A stretch of 64,000 nucleotides of DNA from an uncultured Chroococcidiopsis sp. (GCA_964248365.1 CAXTYC010000012.1:1-64000); one strand, 5' to 3'; positions 1 to 10,431 are shown, counted from the stretch's first letter. Numbers and translations are program-made. The notes: generated from the sequence alone by a model not told the origin.

Positions 1-54
1 TTCCTCTCTCTTACCTACTTGTCCCACACGAACAAGGACTTTTGCAAGAAGTCT
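1..54 (-). mobile_element. End of an IS5-family (ISL2-type) element; the rest lies outside the window
   Basis: ctacttgtcccac...gacttttgcaagaagtct closely matches the IS end at 4152-4190. Confidence 0.7.
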
Positions 55-111
55 ATTAGGGTTTAAAACTGTAATAAAACCTAGCAATGCAAGTATGAAA
101 AACCATAATGA

Positions 112-1303
112 TAGAAGTTACGCATTGACAGAAAATTGATCTTATGCAGTCAATTCCAACTTCTGTGTTAGCTGTTCTAAAATAAAGTCACGAGCCACTT
201 GAAGAGATAAATTTCTTTGGATTTCATACCAATTTTCAATTAACTCTTCAGCGCGCATCAGTTCTAGTTGAGTGAAAGCTCGTATTGCACTAAAAAAGTG
301 AGTTTTGATAGCCTCGGTTGTTCTCACCATAAATCGACTAATACCACACACTTGTTTAATCGCTCTATGGTAACATTCAATCCCCCAATGTATTGAATGT
401 AATTCTTTAAATTCTGCTCTAGAACTTGAAAATAGTGCATCTTTTTCAGGGCTATACATAATGTAATATCTGGAAGTTTCGTTTTTGAAACTTCTGCGAA
501 ATACCTTTACCTGACCAAAATTTTTCAGATACACTATTAAGCCCGATTCTGGTATTTCTAGATTTTGGACTTGTGTAAAATGCTTACCATCAATGGAACA
601 TGAGCGATGAGTAGCTATACCAGTCAAAAAACCTAATTGCTTGTTTTTTAGTAACTTCAGGTTTGATTGACTAGAATACCAACTGTCAGTAGTCACTATT
701 TTTGGACTAAGCCCCCAATTTAAAACCTCCACAATCATTTCTTGTAAATAATCATTTTTGGTTTTTCCATCTTGCTTGTTATAAATCCGATAATTTCCAG
801 GTACAGACTGAAGAGATAAATCCGTGTAATACAAGGTAATTAACGCCAGTTCCTTTCACAGCACGGTGATGTCTACCTGAATAATAGTAGCCAATTAATT
901 CTGTTATTTTTGGGTCGCTTGATGGTTTATCAACTACTGTATCGTCTCCACTTAAAGTACCTCCGATTAGATTGATATTGGGCTTGATTTCTTCAAATAA
1001 GTCCTTGGGTTCGTATCTCTCGCGTAGCAAAAACCTGTTGACACTATCATGAGACAAATTTTCCATTATCTCTGCCAAACGGGTGCAACCTGGGTACTTT
1101 GATTCTGCTAGTAGAAACAGAGTATAAGTGTTGAGATCACACTTGGCTGTGGATGGTTTAGTAGTCGCTCTGATAGTCCCAACCTGCTGATAGAGATGAC
1201 TTAAATTATCCGTCTTTCAAGTCCCTATAATTTCTTGAGTGCCTGTTTTATCCTAATTACTCTTACTGCATTTTTTGTCTAATTTGTCAATGCGTAAGTT
1301 CTA
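112..1303 (-). mobile_element. IS701-family insertion sequence
   Basis: 19-bp TIRs tagaagttacgcattgaca (112-130) and tgtcaatgcgtaagttcta (1285-1303), 1 mismatch; 5-bp target duplication AATGA (107-111, 1304-1308). Confidence 0.85.
142..1174 (-). pseudogene. IS701-family DDE transposase, frameshifted near 850
   Basis: ORFs 779-1078 and 142-834 are consecutive halves (SHDSVNRFL, DDTVVDKP, DSWYS, HWGIECYHRAIKQ); the reading frame is open upstream to about 1174. Confidence 0.8.
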
Positions 1304-1963
1304 AATGAAAAACTCAATATGGTAGTAAAAAAACATTGTGCGGTTACACAAGTCGCCTTAATTGACCACCTAAATCCCATCATCAGAGGTTGGTGCAATT
1401 ATTACAGTCATATAATAAGTAAAAAATCCTTCGCAAAGCTAGACCATCATCAACTCTGGAGACTCTTCAGATGGGGTAAAAGGAGACACAATAAAAAAAA
1501 GTCTCCAATGGATAAAGTGTAAATACTTCAAGGAAATCAATGACAGACAATGGGTATTCGACACAACAGATGGTTCAAATCCTTTTGTATTGGCAAGTCA
1601 CGCAGACACAAGAATAACAAGGTTTATCAAAGTAACGGGCGATAACAACCCTTATGACGGTAACTTAGTTTATTGGAGTACAAGAATGGGCAACCATCCT
1701 GAGATGCCAAAGCGAACGGCATTCTTGCTTAAAAAGCAAAAGGGAAAGTGCGCTCACTGCAAATTGTTCTTTAAAGATGGAGACAAATTAGAGCTAGACC
1801 ATATCATCCCAAAATCCTAAGGAGGACAGGATGAATATAAAAACTGGCAACTACTCCATCGACATTGCTATGATGAAAAATCCAGAAATGATGGTAGTTA
1901 TACCAAGAATTCACCTATTTTAGAGAACGCTCGATGGATAGATGACCTTCTGGTGATGTGCTG
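1304..1963 (+). pseudogene. Group II intron-encoded protein, C-terminal remnant (maturase + HNH), with stops and frameshifts
   Basis: ORFs 1319-1522 and 1590-1820; NPYDGNLVYWSTR and LELDHIIPKS*GGQDEYKNWQLLHRHC motifs. Confidence 0.8.
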
Positions 1964-2165
1964 ATGACAACAGCCGTCTTACTGAGGAGCGGAATAGACC
2001 TCTTGCAAAAGTCATTTAAACAGATTCAGTTTTGGAGAGACGAAGCTCATAGTTGTACAAACCAGCTATGAGATTAAATCTTAAAGCAAATCTTTTTCGA
2101 CGATTGCGATAACGGTCAGACAAAATTTTAAATATTTTCAGTTTTCGATTGATATGTTCACAAAC

Positions 2166-3429
2166 CTGACGGGGCGACAAACACCCCAAAACCCATACCC
2201 TATGAGATTTTGACCGAATTGTGGTAGAAAAAGATAGAGCCGTCATTCTCAACAAACTCTATCTATTGAAAATGCTTTCCTCATTGTACCAAACACACTT
2301 ATAAAATCAACTAGAGAATTCTGAATTGCTATTTTTAAATATTCTGATTAATGTTTTACAGGATATGAAAAAGGTGAGTTTAGAAAAAATAGCAACTAAT
2401 TTACCTTTAGCAATTTTCTTTGATTCGAGACGCAAGAAACTCCAAAGATTTCTCTTTTCACCAATACTTGATATTAAAGAACTTTGGTTCCCAATTATTA
2501 AAAGGTTAGCTCAATATTTTAGCTCAACTCAAACTATATATTTGGTAATTGACCGAACGAATTGGTCACGGAACAACCTCAGGGTGGTTAGCATAATTTA
2601 TGACAAGAGAGCTATACCTGTTTATTTTGAGCTTTTGCCTAAATTAGGTTCTAGTAATTTTGCTGAACAAAAAAGAGTTGTCTCCGAAGTATTAGCTTTG
2701 CTGAAAAACTATAAATTAATTGTATTGGCAGACCGAGAATTTTGCTCAGTTCAATTACCAAACTGGCTGAGAACACAAGAAGTAGATTTTTGTTTGAGAG
2801 TTAAAAAATTAGAAAATATAGAAGTGGAATCTGGAATTTGGCAGCCCTTAGAAAATTTGGGGTTAAAGCCTGGGATTTCTCTATTTCTCGAACAGGTAAA
2901 AATGACCAAAACTAAGAAAGTTGAAGGCTTTAATCTTGCTAGTAAATGGAAAAAAAAGGTCAATAGTTCTGCCCCTAAAGAGGGCTGGTTTATTTTCACC
3001 ATAACTGATATGAATTCTGCTATTAACGCTTATAAAAAGCGTTGTAATATAGAAGAAATGTTCCGTGATTTTAAAAGTGGTGGCTATAACGCGCGAAGAT
3101 ACTAATGTATCTGGAAGCCGTTTAATTTCTTTGATTTTAATTATAGCATTTGCCTATTCTATCGCTACATTTGCTGGACAAGAAATGAAGAAAAAGGCTG
3201 TACAAAAATATGTGGGTAGGGTCAAAGAAAGGAGACGCTCTACAAGAAGACATAGTAGCTTTTATTTGGGTTTGTCTGGTCAAAGTTGGGTTAAATTCAT
3301 GGATGATTGTTGGGAATTAGTCGAAGAATTAATGAAATTAAATCGCAATAAGCTGGAGTATTATTTACGAGGTATTCGGGCTAGGGAGCTTATTCTATCT
3401 AGCTTTTAGCTTTCATGTCGCCCCCTCAG
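2166..3429 (+). mobile_element. IS4-family insertion sequence
   Basis: TIRs ctgacggggcgaca and tgtcgccccctcag; 10-bp target duplication GTTCACAAAC (2156-2165, 3430-3439). Confidence 0.88.
2272..3409 (+). pseudogene. IS4-family transposase, with an early TAA at 2302 and frameshift(s)
   Basis: LVIDRTNW, LADREF and YKKRCNIEEMFRDFKSGG motifs; ORFs 2326-3105 and 3065-3409. Confidence 0.8.
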
Positions 3430-4259
3430 GTTCACAAACAACTCGAACTTGGGCTAACTCTTGGTTACTCTTTTTTTCTTCACGGTTTAGCGCACCGCCT
3501 CGAGATTTCTTTTTTGGTATTCGGCTTTTGGCATGAAGTTTATGAATTCCTTGATATCCTTTATCGCCCAAGACTTCAATATCTTTTCTTAACCTAACTT
3601 TACTGTTTTTAAATATGCGAAAATCATGCTCTTTTCCCTTACCATGCGCGGTACAGAGGATTTCTCCCGTACTTTGGTCTACGACAACTTGAGATTTTAG
3701 TGTATGTCTTTTCTTTTTGCCACACAAGAACTGTTTTTGTTTTTTTAGGACGTTCTATCAGGCTTTCGGTAACATCCACTACCACTACCTCTATTTGATA
3801 ATTTGAGTAGCAAAGCTTTTTCTGACCCCTCAGCGAGAACTCTCTTGAACTGATAAGAATATCTTCAATTTTTCTGATAATACGATATGAATAAGACTCG
3901 TTTACTCCCCAAGATTGACCAATATGAAAATATGTGCGCTCCTCCCGCCAATATTCCAATGCCATTAATAACTGATCTTCTATGCTCAGTTTCCCAGGTC
4001 GCCCTGTTTGAAGCTTTGTTTTTGAACGCGATCGCACTACCTCACTCATCTGGCTAAAAGTCTCCGGATGCACACTACACAAGCGTTTGAATTCTTCTGG
4101 TTTCAGGTTTTTTACCTTTTCGTAGCTGATAGATGTCAAGAAAGCTCTAAGCTACTTGTCCCACGCTCATGGGACTTTTGCAAGAGGTCTAATGAAGGTA
4201 AACTTTCACGTTCCGTTTTGTAGAGCAGTGGGGGTGGTGACACCCTCACTGACTTTAAT

Positions 4260-4534
4260 AAACTCCTTTATTTGTGTGGAAAATCTCAATGTAAAAGGTA
4301 TGGTGAAAAACCCTAACTTATCCAAGGCAATCACTCAGGTAGGATGGGGAATGTTTTGCACCATGCTCAAGTACAAGGCAGAAAGAGAAGGAAAAGTTTA
4401 TCAAGAAGTAGATAGATTTTTTCCTAGCTCTAAAACCTGTCATGTTTGCCTTAATCAAGTTGGTAGTTTACCGCTAGATATAAGAACTTGGACTTGCGAA
4501 AAGTGCAAAACAAAACATGACAGAGACGTTAATG
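4260..4534 (+). pseudogene. tnpB: TnpB (IS200/IS605 RNA-guided nuclease) fragment: RuvC-II and zinc finger
   Basis: ICVENLNVKGM...FFPSSKTCHVC...WTCEKC..HDRDVN; continues at 8627. Confidence 0.85.
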
Positions 4535-4597
4535 AGTTATGTCGTTTAGAACGTCTACAACGTCCATCCAGTAAGCATCCCACGTTATATACGGTTT

Positions 4598-5488
4598 CTA
4601 TAGCGTAGCTAACGGATACTGATTTAACATCTCTGCAAAAGGTATCCATTGCTGATCGCTAGTATAAACCTCAATGCAATTTTTACCCTTCTGACTAGCC
4701 AAAACTAACCCTTTTTTATGAGCTAGAGGATACCACTGATTAAACGTCTCCTGCTCGGATTGAGCCTGAACTGCATCGTTAGGCTTCCATTGCTCCTCAA
4801 TTGCTTTTTTCAGCCAAGCCCCTGGACGTTCAATTTTATCTGTGGCTAAAGCTTGCTTATAAGCCTCAATTGCATCTAACACAGCTTCTTCTGAGGTTGA
4901 CTTAATTGCCTTAGTTAGGGTGGGGTTTAATTGAATCCCAGCGGCGGCTAACTGGTTCTGGATTTGGTCTGTAATATGAGGCTTTTTAGCTTGAGTAATG
5001 GGTGTTACTTTCTGAGGCAATCTAGCTTCGCACTCTTGTAACCGTTCTGATAACTGTTTCACCTGCAATTGAAAGGATTCATTTTCTCTGTTTAATCGTT
5101 CTGCTAAGTCATGGGAACTTTGAACTTGATGAAGCCTTCCAGTTAAGGCTTCATTTGCCCGACGCAGTTCCGCCATCTCTGCTCTCAAACGCTTAGTTTC
5201 TTCCCGCAGGTTATAGATGATTACCGCTTTGGAATTGTCAGAAGCAATAGGGACTTGTTTGGGCTTACTCTGGTTTTTCTGCTGGTCGCGTAGAGTAATA
5301 ATGCGATGCTTAATTTCTGGGTATTTATAGAGATAGGCAGTAGAGACATTAGCACTATGAGCTACAGTTTGGAAGTTAATCTTTTGGTTTTGCTTAATCA
5401 TGCGCTCCAGAGCTTTTTCCACTCGTTCGTGGGCTTCTTGGGCTTTATGGGCGGCTGCTTCCTGTAAAGCTTCAATCTTCCTACTCAT
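4598..5488 (-). CDS. TnpC/DUF6262-like transposition accessory protein with coiled coil and C-terminal extension
   Basis: INFQTVAHSANVSTAYLYKYPEIK motif; third gene after two integrases. Confidence 0.7.
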   Translation of the reverse strand: MSRKIEALQEAAAHKAQEAHERVEKALERMIKQNQKINFQTVAHSANVSTAYLYKYPEIKHRIITLRDQQKNQSKPKQVPIASDNSKAVIIYNLREETKRLRAEMAELRRANEALTGRLHQVQSSHDLAERLNRENESFQLQVKQLSERLQECEARLPQKVTPITQAKKPHITDQIQNQLAAAGIQLNPTLTKAIKSTSEEAVLDAIEAYKQALATDKIERPGAWLKKAIEEQWKPNDAVQAQSEQETFNQWYPLAHKKGLVLASQKGKNCIEVYTSDQQWIPFAEMLNQYPLATL

Positions 5489-7382
5489 TGCTGTTTGCCT
5501 CCAAAGACTTAATCACTTTCTCTAAATTGTGTTTAATTGGCTCATTCTTGTTCACCTGTAGTTCCCAACCACAGTTACGGGCGGAGAGTATCATCAAATA
5601 TGTGAGCATATACCATTGTCATCTCTGGAGATTCATGTCCCAAATAACGCTGGATGATATGCTGAGGAACCCCTGCATTAATCATGCGAGTGCCAACTGT
5701 ATGCCTGAATTGATGAGATTGAAAATTCCAAAATTTACCCAGGCTATCCTTTATATCAAACTGTTGAGCTAGTCTCTTAATATGATTAATAAAGGAAGTG
5801 CTTGTCATTAGTTTAGGCTCTGGTATAAAGTCATCACTTTTGCCTCTTGTCCTCCCACAAAATAAGTAAGCAAACTCACTTTTTAGCTTTGCTTTGATAT
5901 AAGTCTGTTGTTCTTGGATAACTTCAGCTAACTCATTACTAACTGGCTTAGTATGTTCTTTGCTCATCTTGTACATTTGATATTGAATATACCAGCCGCC
6001 TTTTCCGTTAGACTTTAGGCAATCTAGTTTTAATCTTGTTAGCTCGCCTATTCTAAAACCGCATTCCATATCTACTAAAACCATTCTCATTACTGGTTCT
6101 GGTAAATGATCCAAATGTTGATTAAGCTGTTTCATTACTTCCTCTGGAATCCGATGTAACTCTAAAAAATGAAGGCAACCCTCTTGATCTAAATCTCTCG
6201 TTCGTAGCCAGTAACCCTAATATAGGGTTGCCTTCATTTTTTAAGACGGAAAAACCTGGGAATAAATCGAGGAAGCCTTTGAGTTTCTTTTAACCAATCT
6301 TCTGGTCTGATAAGAGCAGGTTCGACATTGAACCAGTGATTGAGAATTCCTGTTTCAAAGAAGGTTTTGAGAGTTGATATACATTGCGTATGTTGTGAGT
6401 AAGAGTACTTATTGATTTTTAAGTAAGCAAAATATTGAATTATTAAATCTCTATCAATCCCTTCAACTTCTTGTTGATAACTTATCTCTTGTAATAATCT
6501 AGAAAAAACATTAATATAAGATATGCCAATTAAAGTACTAAAAGCTAATCTAGTACTAGAAAGATAAAGAATGAATTTCTAGAAATAATGTTTGAACCCA
6601 GGTTGCTCGATGTACTCAAAGTTAAGTTTATAATGCTTGTGTATGCCATTTTCATATCCTAAATGTTTTGCAGTCCAAACATCATGATTGAAATCAAACT
6701 CTTCTGGAGTCACTAAAATATCTGGTCGCTCAGATCCGACGGCAAACTGTTTATGACAATCTTTACAAATACATTGCTGCTTTCCTGCCTTGCTTAAACC
6801 AAAACGTGTGAAGTTTTTACTATTGCACCACCTACAATTTATATTGTTCAGATAATTTATATCGTCTCGTCCACCAGGGTTAAGAATATATTTGCGCCCA
6901 CAATCTTTACATTTATAAGAAGTTTTACCCCTCGTTCCATTTAATATATAATTCGTAGTGTTACAGTCAGAACATTTAATCTCTCTACCTTCTTTATCTA
7001 CTAAAGGATGAACTCCAAATAACTTTTTGCAATCTTTACAGCTATAGTTCTGTTTTCCATTTTCTGTATTACCTCTTTTTTGCCAATTGCTACTACTGCA
7101 ATGAGGACAATTGATTGCATTATCCCTTTCAGCTATCTTCCATTTTTGATTAGGATAGAATCTATGATTACAAATTTTACAAGTATATCTTTGTTCTCCA
7201 TGTACTGTTAATCCTCTTTTCCCGAGATATTCACTACCACATTTAGGACAGATTACTTCTGTGTTCGGTGGAGCTTTCAATAACGGTTGATATTCTTGCT
7301 CTATATTTGGGTTGTTGCATTCCAATATCTGTAGCTCTAGCGGAGGGTTAAATAAATTATCTGCAATCTTTTTGGTTGTCAT
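5481..7382 (-). pseudogene. Second tyrosine recombinase (Tn554 TnpB-like) with N-terminal zinc ribbons; disrupted
   Basis: GFRIGE, HQFRHT and LGHESPEMTMVY catalytic motifs; TAG at 6579, frameshifts, 109-bp insertion at 6151, apparent internal deletion near 5580. Confidence 0.8.
6151..6259. mobile_element. ~110-bp non-autonomous mini-element, copy 1
   Basis: Interrupts the integrase at RFIP|EEVMK; flanked by GAAT; ends shared with 35399-35509. Confidence 0.75.
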
Positions 7383-7408
7383 TTTACTAACTCCCGTTGA
7401 GCTAAATA

Positions 7409-8482
7409 TTAGTTATACTCCTTTATCAGATCTTCATCAGAAAGATGGACGTAAGTATTAATCGTGGTCTGAATATCAGCATGACCTAACCGCTTTTGGA
7501 CATAAGCCCTATCCCATCCGGCTCGAATTAACTCCGTTGCATGAGTATGTCTGAGCAGATGAGGATTTATTTCTATTCCTGTTTTTTTAGACAGTCTCCT
7601 GAATAAACTATCAATAGTCTTATAGCTGAGGGGATTGCCTATTTCTCCCTTACCAGGAGCTTTAATAACTACAAACACAAAGTCACAGTCAAGGTCTTCT
7701 GGATACTCTTCAATTAAGTAAGCCGAGTACCATTGCATTAACTCTTTACTGACATGAACCGTCCGCTCTACCCCCCCTTTGGCTCGAACGTGATTGATGT
7801 TATCGACTCTGGGAATAACCTTGATGGCATTATCTTTTCCCGTCACCATATCCTCATGTCTTAACCCTAAAGCTTCCCCAATTCTTAACCCGCTTTCATA
7901 GAGCAATCGGATTAAGAATTTGTCTCGGAGGTTGTTACAGGCTTCTACTAGAGTATTGACCTGTTCGGGAGTCAAACAACCAGGGAAGGTCTTTGGTTCT
8001 TTGACCTTCAATAGTCGTGTTTTGACTTCTTTACCTTTGCTGATGTGGTGTAGAAAAGATTTGTACTTTCGTCCTGGTTGTAATTGATAGCGGTAAGCAT
8101 CAACGCCTTCAAATGTACCCAAGCGTTCGTGAAACTCATAGAATCCGCATACTGTAGTCAGGCATAGGTTAATAGTCTTCTCTGACCGCCTGGACACTTG
8201 GGTTTGAAGGGAAATAACCCCTTTATTGGGGTTTCTCAGCCAGTGAATGAACTCGGATAATGTCTCTAAGCTAATCTCTCGCCAATCTAACTTGATGTCC
8301 TCTAAGAACTCCCAATAAAGCTTGAGATTATGAGCATAGGTCGAGATTGTGTTAGGAGAGCGTTCTAGGCTGTCTAGATAGTGTAAATACTTTCCAATCG
8401 GTTCAATGGGCAAATAGTCATCGCCTAGTACCATCCAGATCTGCTGATGGGAATCTGGGAGGAGTCCCTTTTGCACTTTCAT
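7409..8482 (-). CDS. Tyrosine recombinase/integrase (Tn554 TnpA-like)
   Basis: SGLRIGE, PHLLRHT and LGHADIQTTINTY motifs (R-H-R-H-Y). Confidence 0.9.
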   Translation of the reverse strand: MKVQKGLLPDSHQQIWMVLGDDYLPIEPIGKYLHYLDSLERSPNTISTYAHNLKLYWEFLEDIKLDWREISLETLSEFIHWLRNPNKGVISLQTQVSRRSEKTINLCLTTVCGFYEFHERLGTFEGVDAYRYQLQPGRKYKSFLHHISKGKEVKTRLLKVKEPKTFPGCLTPEQVNTLVEACNNLRDKFLIRLLYESGLRIGEALGLRHEDMVTGKDNAIKVIPRVDNINHVRAKGGVERTVHVSKELMQWYSAYLIEEYPEDLDCDFVFVVIKAPGKGEIGNPLSYKTIDSLFRRLSKKTGIEINPHLLRHTHATELIRAGWDRAYVQKRLGHADIQTTINTYVHLSDEDLIKEYN

Positions 8483-8626
8483 GGCTGGCTCTCTCCAATA
8501 ACGCTATTAACATTATAGAGTTAAAATAATAAATTATTAAACAGTTTACATATCGTTGCTAAAAAGGTTCGTCTGAGCTACGCTGTTGTTGTTGTTGTTA
8601 TTTATAATTTAATAAGACTTATAATG

Positions 8627-8842
8627 CAACTATTAACCTTCGTAATGAAGGACTACGGATGATAAAGGCGGGAGGTTTCCTCCCGCCAAAATCCTCACGA
8701 ATCTTGACCTCTGGAACGGGGGATAAAGCCTGTCGCCCAGATGTAAGCCGCAGTAGTAGAGGACGCAAGAAGTCTACTACTGTGCTTTCTGTTGGGCAGG
8801 AAGTCTACACCCTCCCGCAACGCGGCGATGTAGGTAGTTCAC
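8627..8842 (+). mobile_element. 3' end of tnpB and IS200/IS605 right end (omega-RNA region)
   Basis: ATINLRNEGLR...RILTSGTGDKAC tail; ends GTAGGTAGTTCAC. Confidence 0.65.
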
Positions 8843-8860
8843 TATCTATCTCTAATCAAC

Positions 8861-9505
8861 GTGTCTAATCATACCCAACTTACTCCCCAAAAACCACTCA
8901 TCTTAGGAGTTTCTGGGGCATCTGGTCTAATATATGCTGTACGGGCTTTGAAATTTCTGCTGCAAGCTGACTACGCGATTGAGCTTGTCGCCTCTAAATC
9001 CACATACATGGTTTGGCAATCAGAGCAGAATATTCGTATGCCCGTAGAACCAATTCAACAAGAGCAATTCTGGCGAGTGCAAGCTGGGGTAGAAACTCAT
9101 GGTAAACTACACTGCCATCCTTGGGGCGATGTGGGAGCCAATATCGCTAGTGGTTCTTTCCGCACTCTAGGCATGGTTGTCATGCCATGTAGCATGAGTA
9201 CAGTGGCAAAGCTAGCTAATGGCTTGAGTTCAGACTTACTCGAACGCGCCGCTGATGTCCAGTTAAAAGAAGGACGAAAGCTAGTCATTGTCCCGCGTGA
9301 AACTCCTTTTAGCCTGATTCACCTGCGGAATTTGACAACTTTAGCAGAAGCTGGAGCGAGAATTGTTCCTGCTATTCCAGCTTGGTATCATAATCCTCAA
9401 ACTGTTGAAGATTTAGTTGACTTTGTGGTAGCCCGTACCTTAGATCAACTCGACATTGATTGCATTCCTATCGAACGGTGGCAAGGACGACCTACGGCAC
9501 AATAA
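8861..9505 (+). CDS. ubiX: Flavin prenyltransferase UbiX
   Basis: LGVSGASG, IASGS, PCSMSTVA and RETP motifs. Confidence 0.95.
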   Translation: MSNHTQLTPQKPLILGVSGASGLIYAVRALKFLLQADYAIELVASKSTYMVWQSEQNIRMPVEPIQQEQFWRVQAGVETHGKLHCHPWGDVGANIASGSFRTLGMVVMPCSMSTVAKLANGLSSDLLERAADVQLKEGRKLVIVPRETPFSLIHLRNLTTLAEAGARIVPAIPAWYHNPQTVEDLVDFVVARTLDQLDIDCIPIERWQGRPTAQ

Positions 9506-9509
9506 GGAT

Positions 9510-9690
9510 AAGGATGAAGTGTGAAGTGTGTTCGCTTAGTTGCCGCAGGCTAGGGTGAAGTATGAAGTTTGAAGGATGAAGTTTGAAGGATGAAGTTTGA
9601 AATTTACCCTTTAGCTTTTACCCTTTAGCTTTTAGCCTTTAGCCTTTAGCCTATAGCCTTTCCCCTTTAGCCTTTCCCCTTTCCCCTTCT
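9510..9690. repeat. Short tandem repeats (atgaagt, tagcctt, cctttcc types)
   Basis: Direct heptamer/hexamer arrays in the intergenic region. Confidence 0.8.
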
Positions 9691-9696
9691 TAAGTT

Positions 9697-10431
9697 ATGG
9701 CTGTTATTCGACTATTTCTGTTACTGGTAGTGCTGGGATGTCTGACTCTTTTGCTTATGCAAAACTGGTCGCCAGTTCTAGCGCTAAGGTTTTTAGGTGT
9801 ACAAACTCAGCCGTTACCACTTGCAATATGGATTCTGTTGGGTGTAGTTGCTGGGGCAATTACATCTTTATTTATCACAGCCTGCTTTAAACTATCGAAT
9901 TATTTTGCCCAATCTCAGCCGCGAAAGCGCCGCAAAGAAGTTCAGGCTTCTCCACCACGTTCGCGTACAACTCGTGCCGAAGCTCCTAGAAGTAACCCAG
10001 CAAACTATACTACTACTACCTCCCAGCCAAAAACTAATTCAACTCCTAGCGACGACTTTAATGACTGGGAAAGTAATTCTTCAAATGACTGGAATTTTGA
10101 AGAAGATACACAAGACACTGACAAAAAGCAAAAACCTGAGCCTGGGGATACCGTTAGGGACACAAACTACGAAACTAACACCCAACCCAAGAGCAGCGAA
10201 AGATCAAGTTCATACTCTTACAGTTATCGTGAGCCTAGTAATTCTGGTGTAGGCAGGGCTGAATCAGTCTATGATGCCGATTATCGAGTTCTCACGCCAC
10301 CCTATCGGCAAACAAATACAAACGAGAACAAAAATCAGAACAACGACTGGGGAGGCGATGACTGGGGATTTGAAGATGATGAAGACTGGGACATTGATGA
10401 CGACAAAGACTCACCCCACCAACAAAGATAG
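9697..10431 (+). CDS. LapA-like membrane protein with disordered acidic tail
   Basis: Two N-terminal TM segments (QNWSPVLAL...PLPLAIW); VYDADYRV motif. Confidence 0.7.
   Translation: MAVIRLFLLLVVLGCLTLLLMQNWSPVLALRFLGVQTQPLPLAIWILLGVVAGAITSLFITACFKLSNYFAQSQPRKRRKEVQASPPRSRTTRAEAPRSNPANYTTTTSQPKTNSTPSDDFNDWESNSSNDWNFEEDTQDTDKKQKPEPGDTVRDTNYETNTQPKSSERSSSYSYSYREPSNSGVGRAESVYDADYRVLTPPYRQTNTNENKNQNNDWGGDDWGFEDDEDWDIDDDKDSPHQQR

Larger units (their letters stand above)
2016..4139 (-). pseudogene. IS5/ISL2 transposase (HTH ORF 3639-4139 plus DDE ORF split into 3430-3727 and 2016-2165)
   Basis: LSIEDQLLMALEYWRE, GKKKRHTLKSQ and GDKGYQG motifs; RVVCEH|INRKLKIFKIL rejoins after IS4 removal. Confidence 0.85.
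1996..4190 (-). mobile_element. IS5-family (ISL2 group) element, interrupted by an IS4
   Basis: Perfect 18-bp TIRs agacctcttgcaaaagtc (1996-2013) and gacttttgcaagaggtct (4173-4190); AAT target duplication. Confidence 0.88.
55..4259 (+). mobile_element. Decayed group II intron, 3' part (maturase/HNH remnant plus domains V-VI), interrupted by IS elements
   Basis: Removing the IS701 restores GFKTVIKPSNASMKNHNEKLNMVVKK...LNPIIRGWCNYY (maturase X domain), followed by CAHC...ELDHIIP (HNH). Removing the IS5 restores DV/DVI: GAGGAGCGG-AAT-GAAGGTAAACTTTCACGTTCCGTTTTG...GACTTTAAT. Confidence 0.85.
4535..8626 (-). mobile_element. Tn554-like tyrosine-recombinase transposon (tnpA-tnpB-tnpC architecture) inserted in the IS605 tnpB
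   Basis: Two integrases plus a TnpC-like gene; TAATG at both junctions (4530-4534, 8622-8626); excision restores DRDVN-ATINLRNEGLR. Confidence 0.8.

Noticed and set aside
1304..1963. Retron, DGR or defence-associated reverse transcriptase
   Set aside because: Only maturase and HNH remnants are present, followed by intron DV/DVI; no RT core is in the window.
4156..4608. 150-aa ORF as an intact gene
   Set aside because: It is a chimera reading through the IS end, intron DV/DVI, the tnpB fragment and the transposon end.
8659..8868. 69-aa ORF as an independent gene
   Set aside because: It is the detached C-terminal tail of tnpB.
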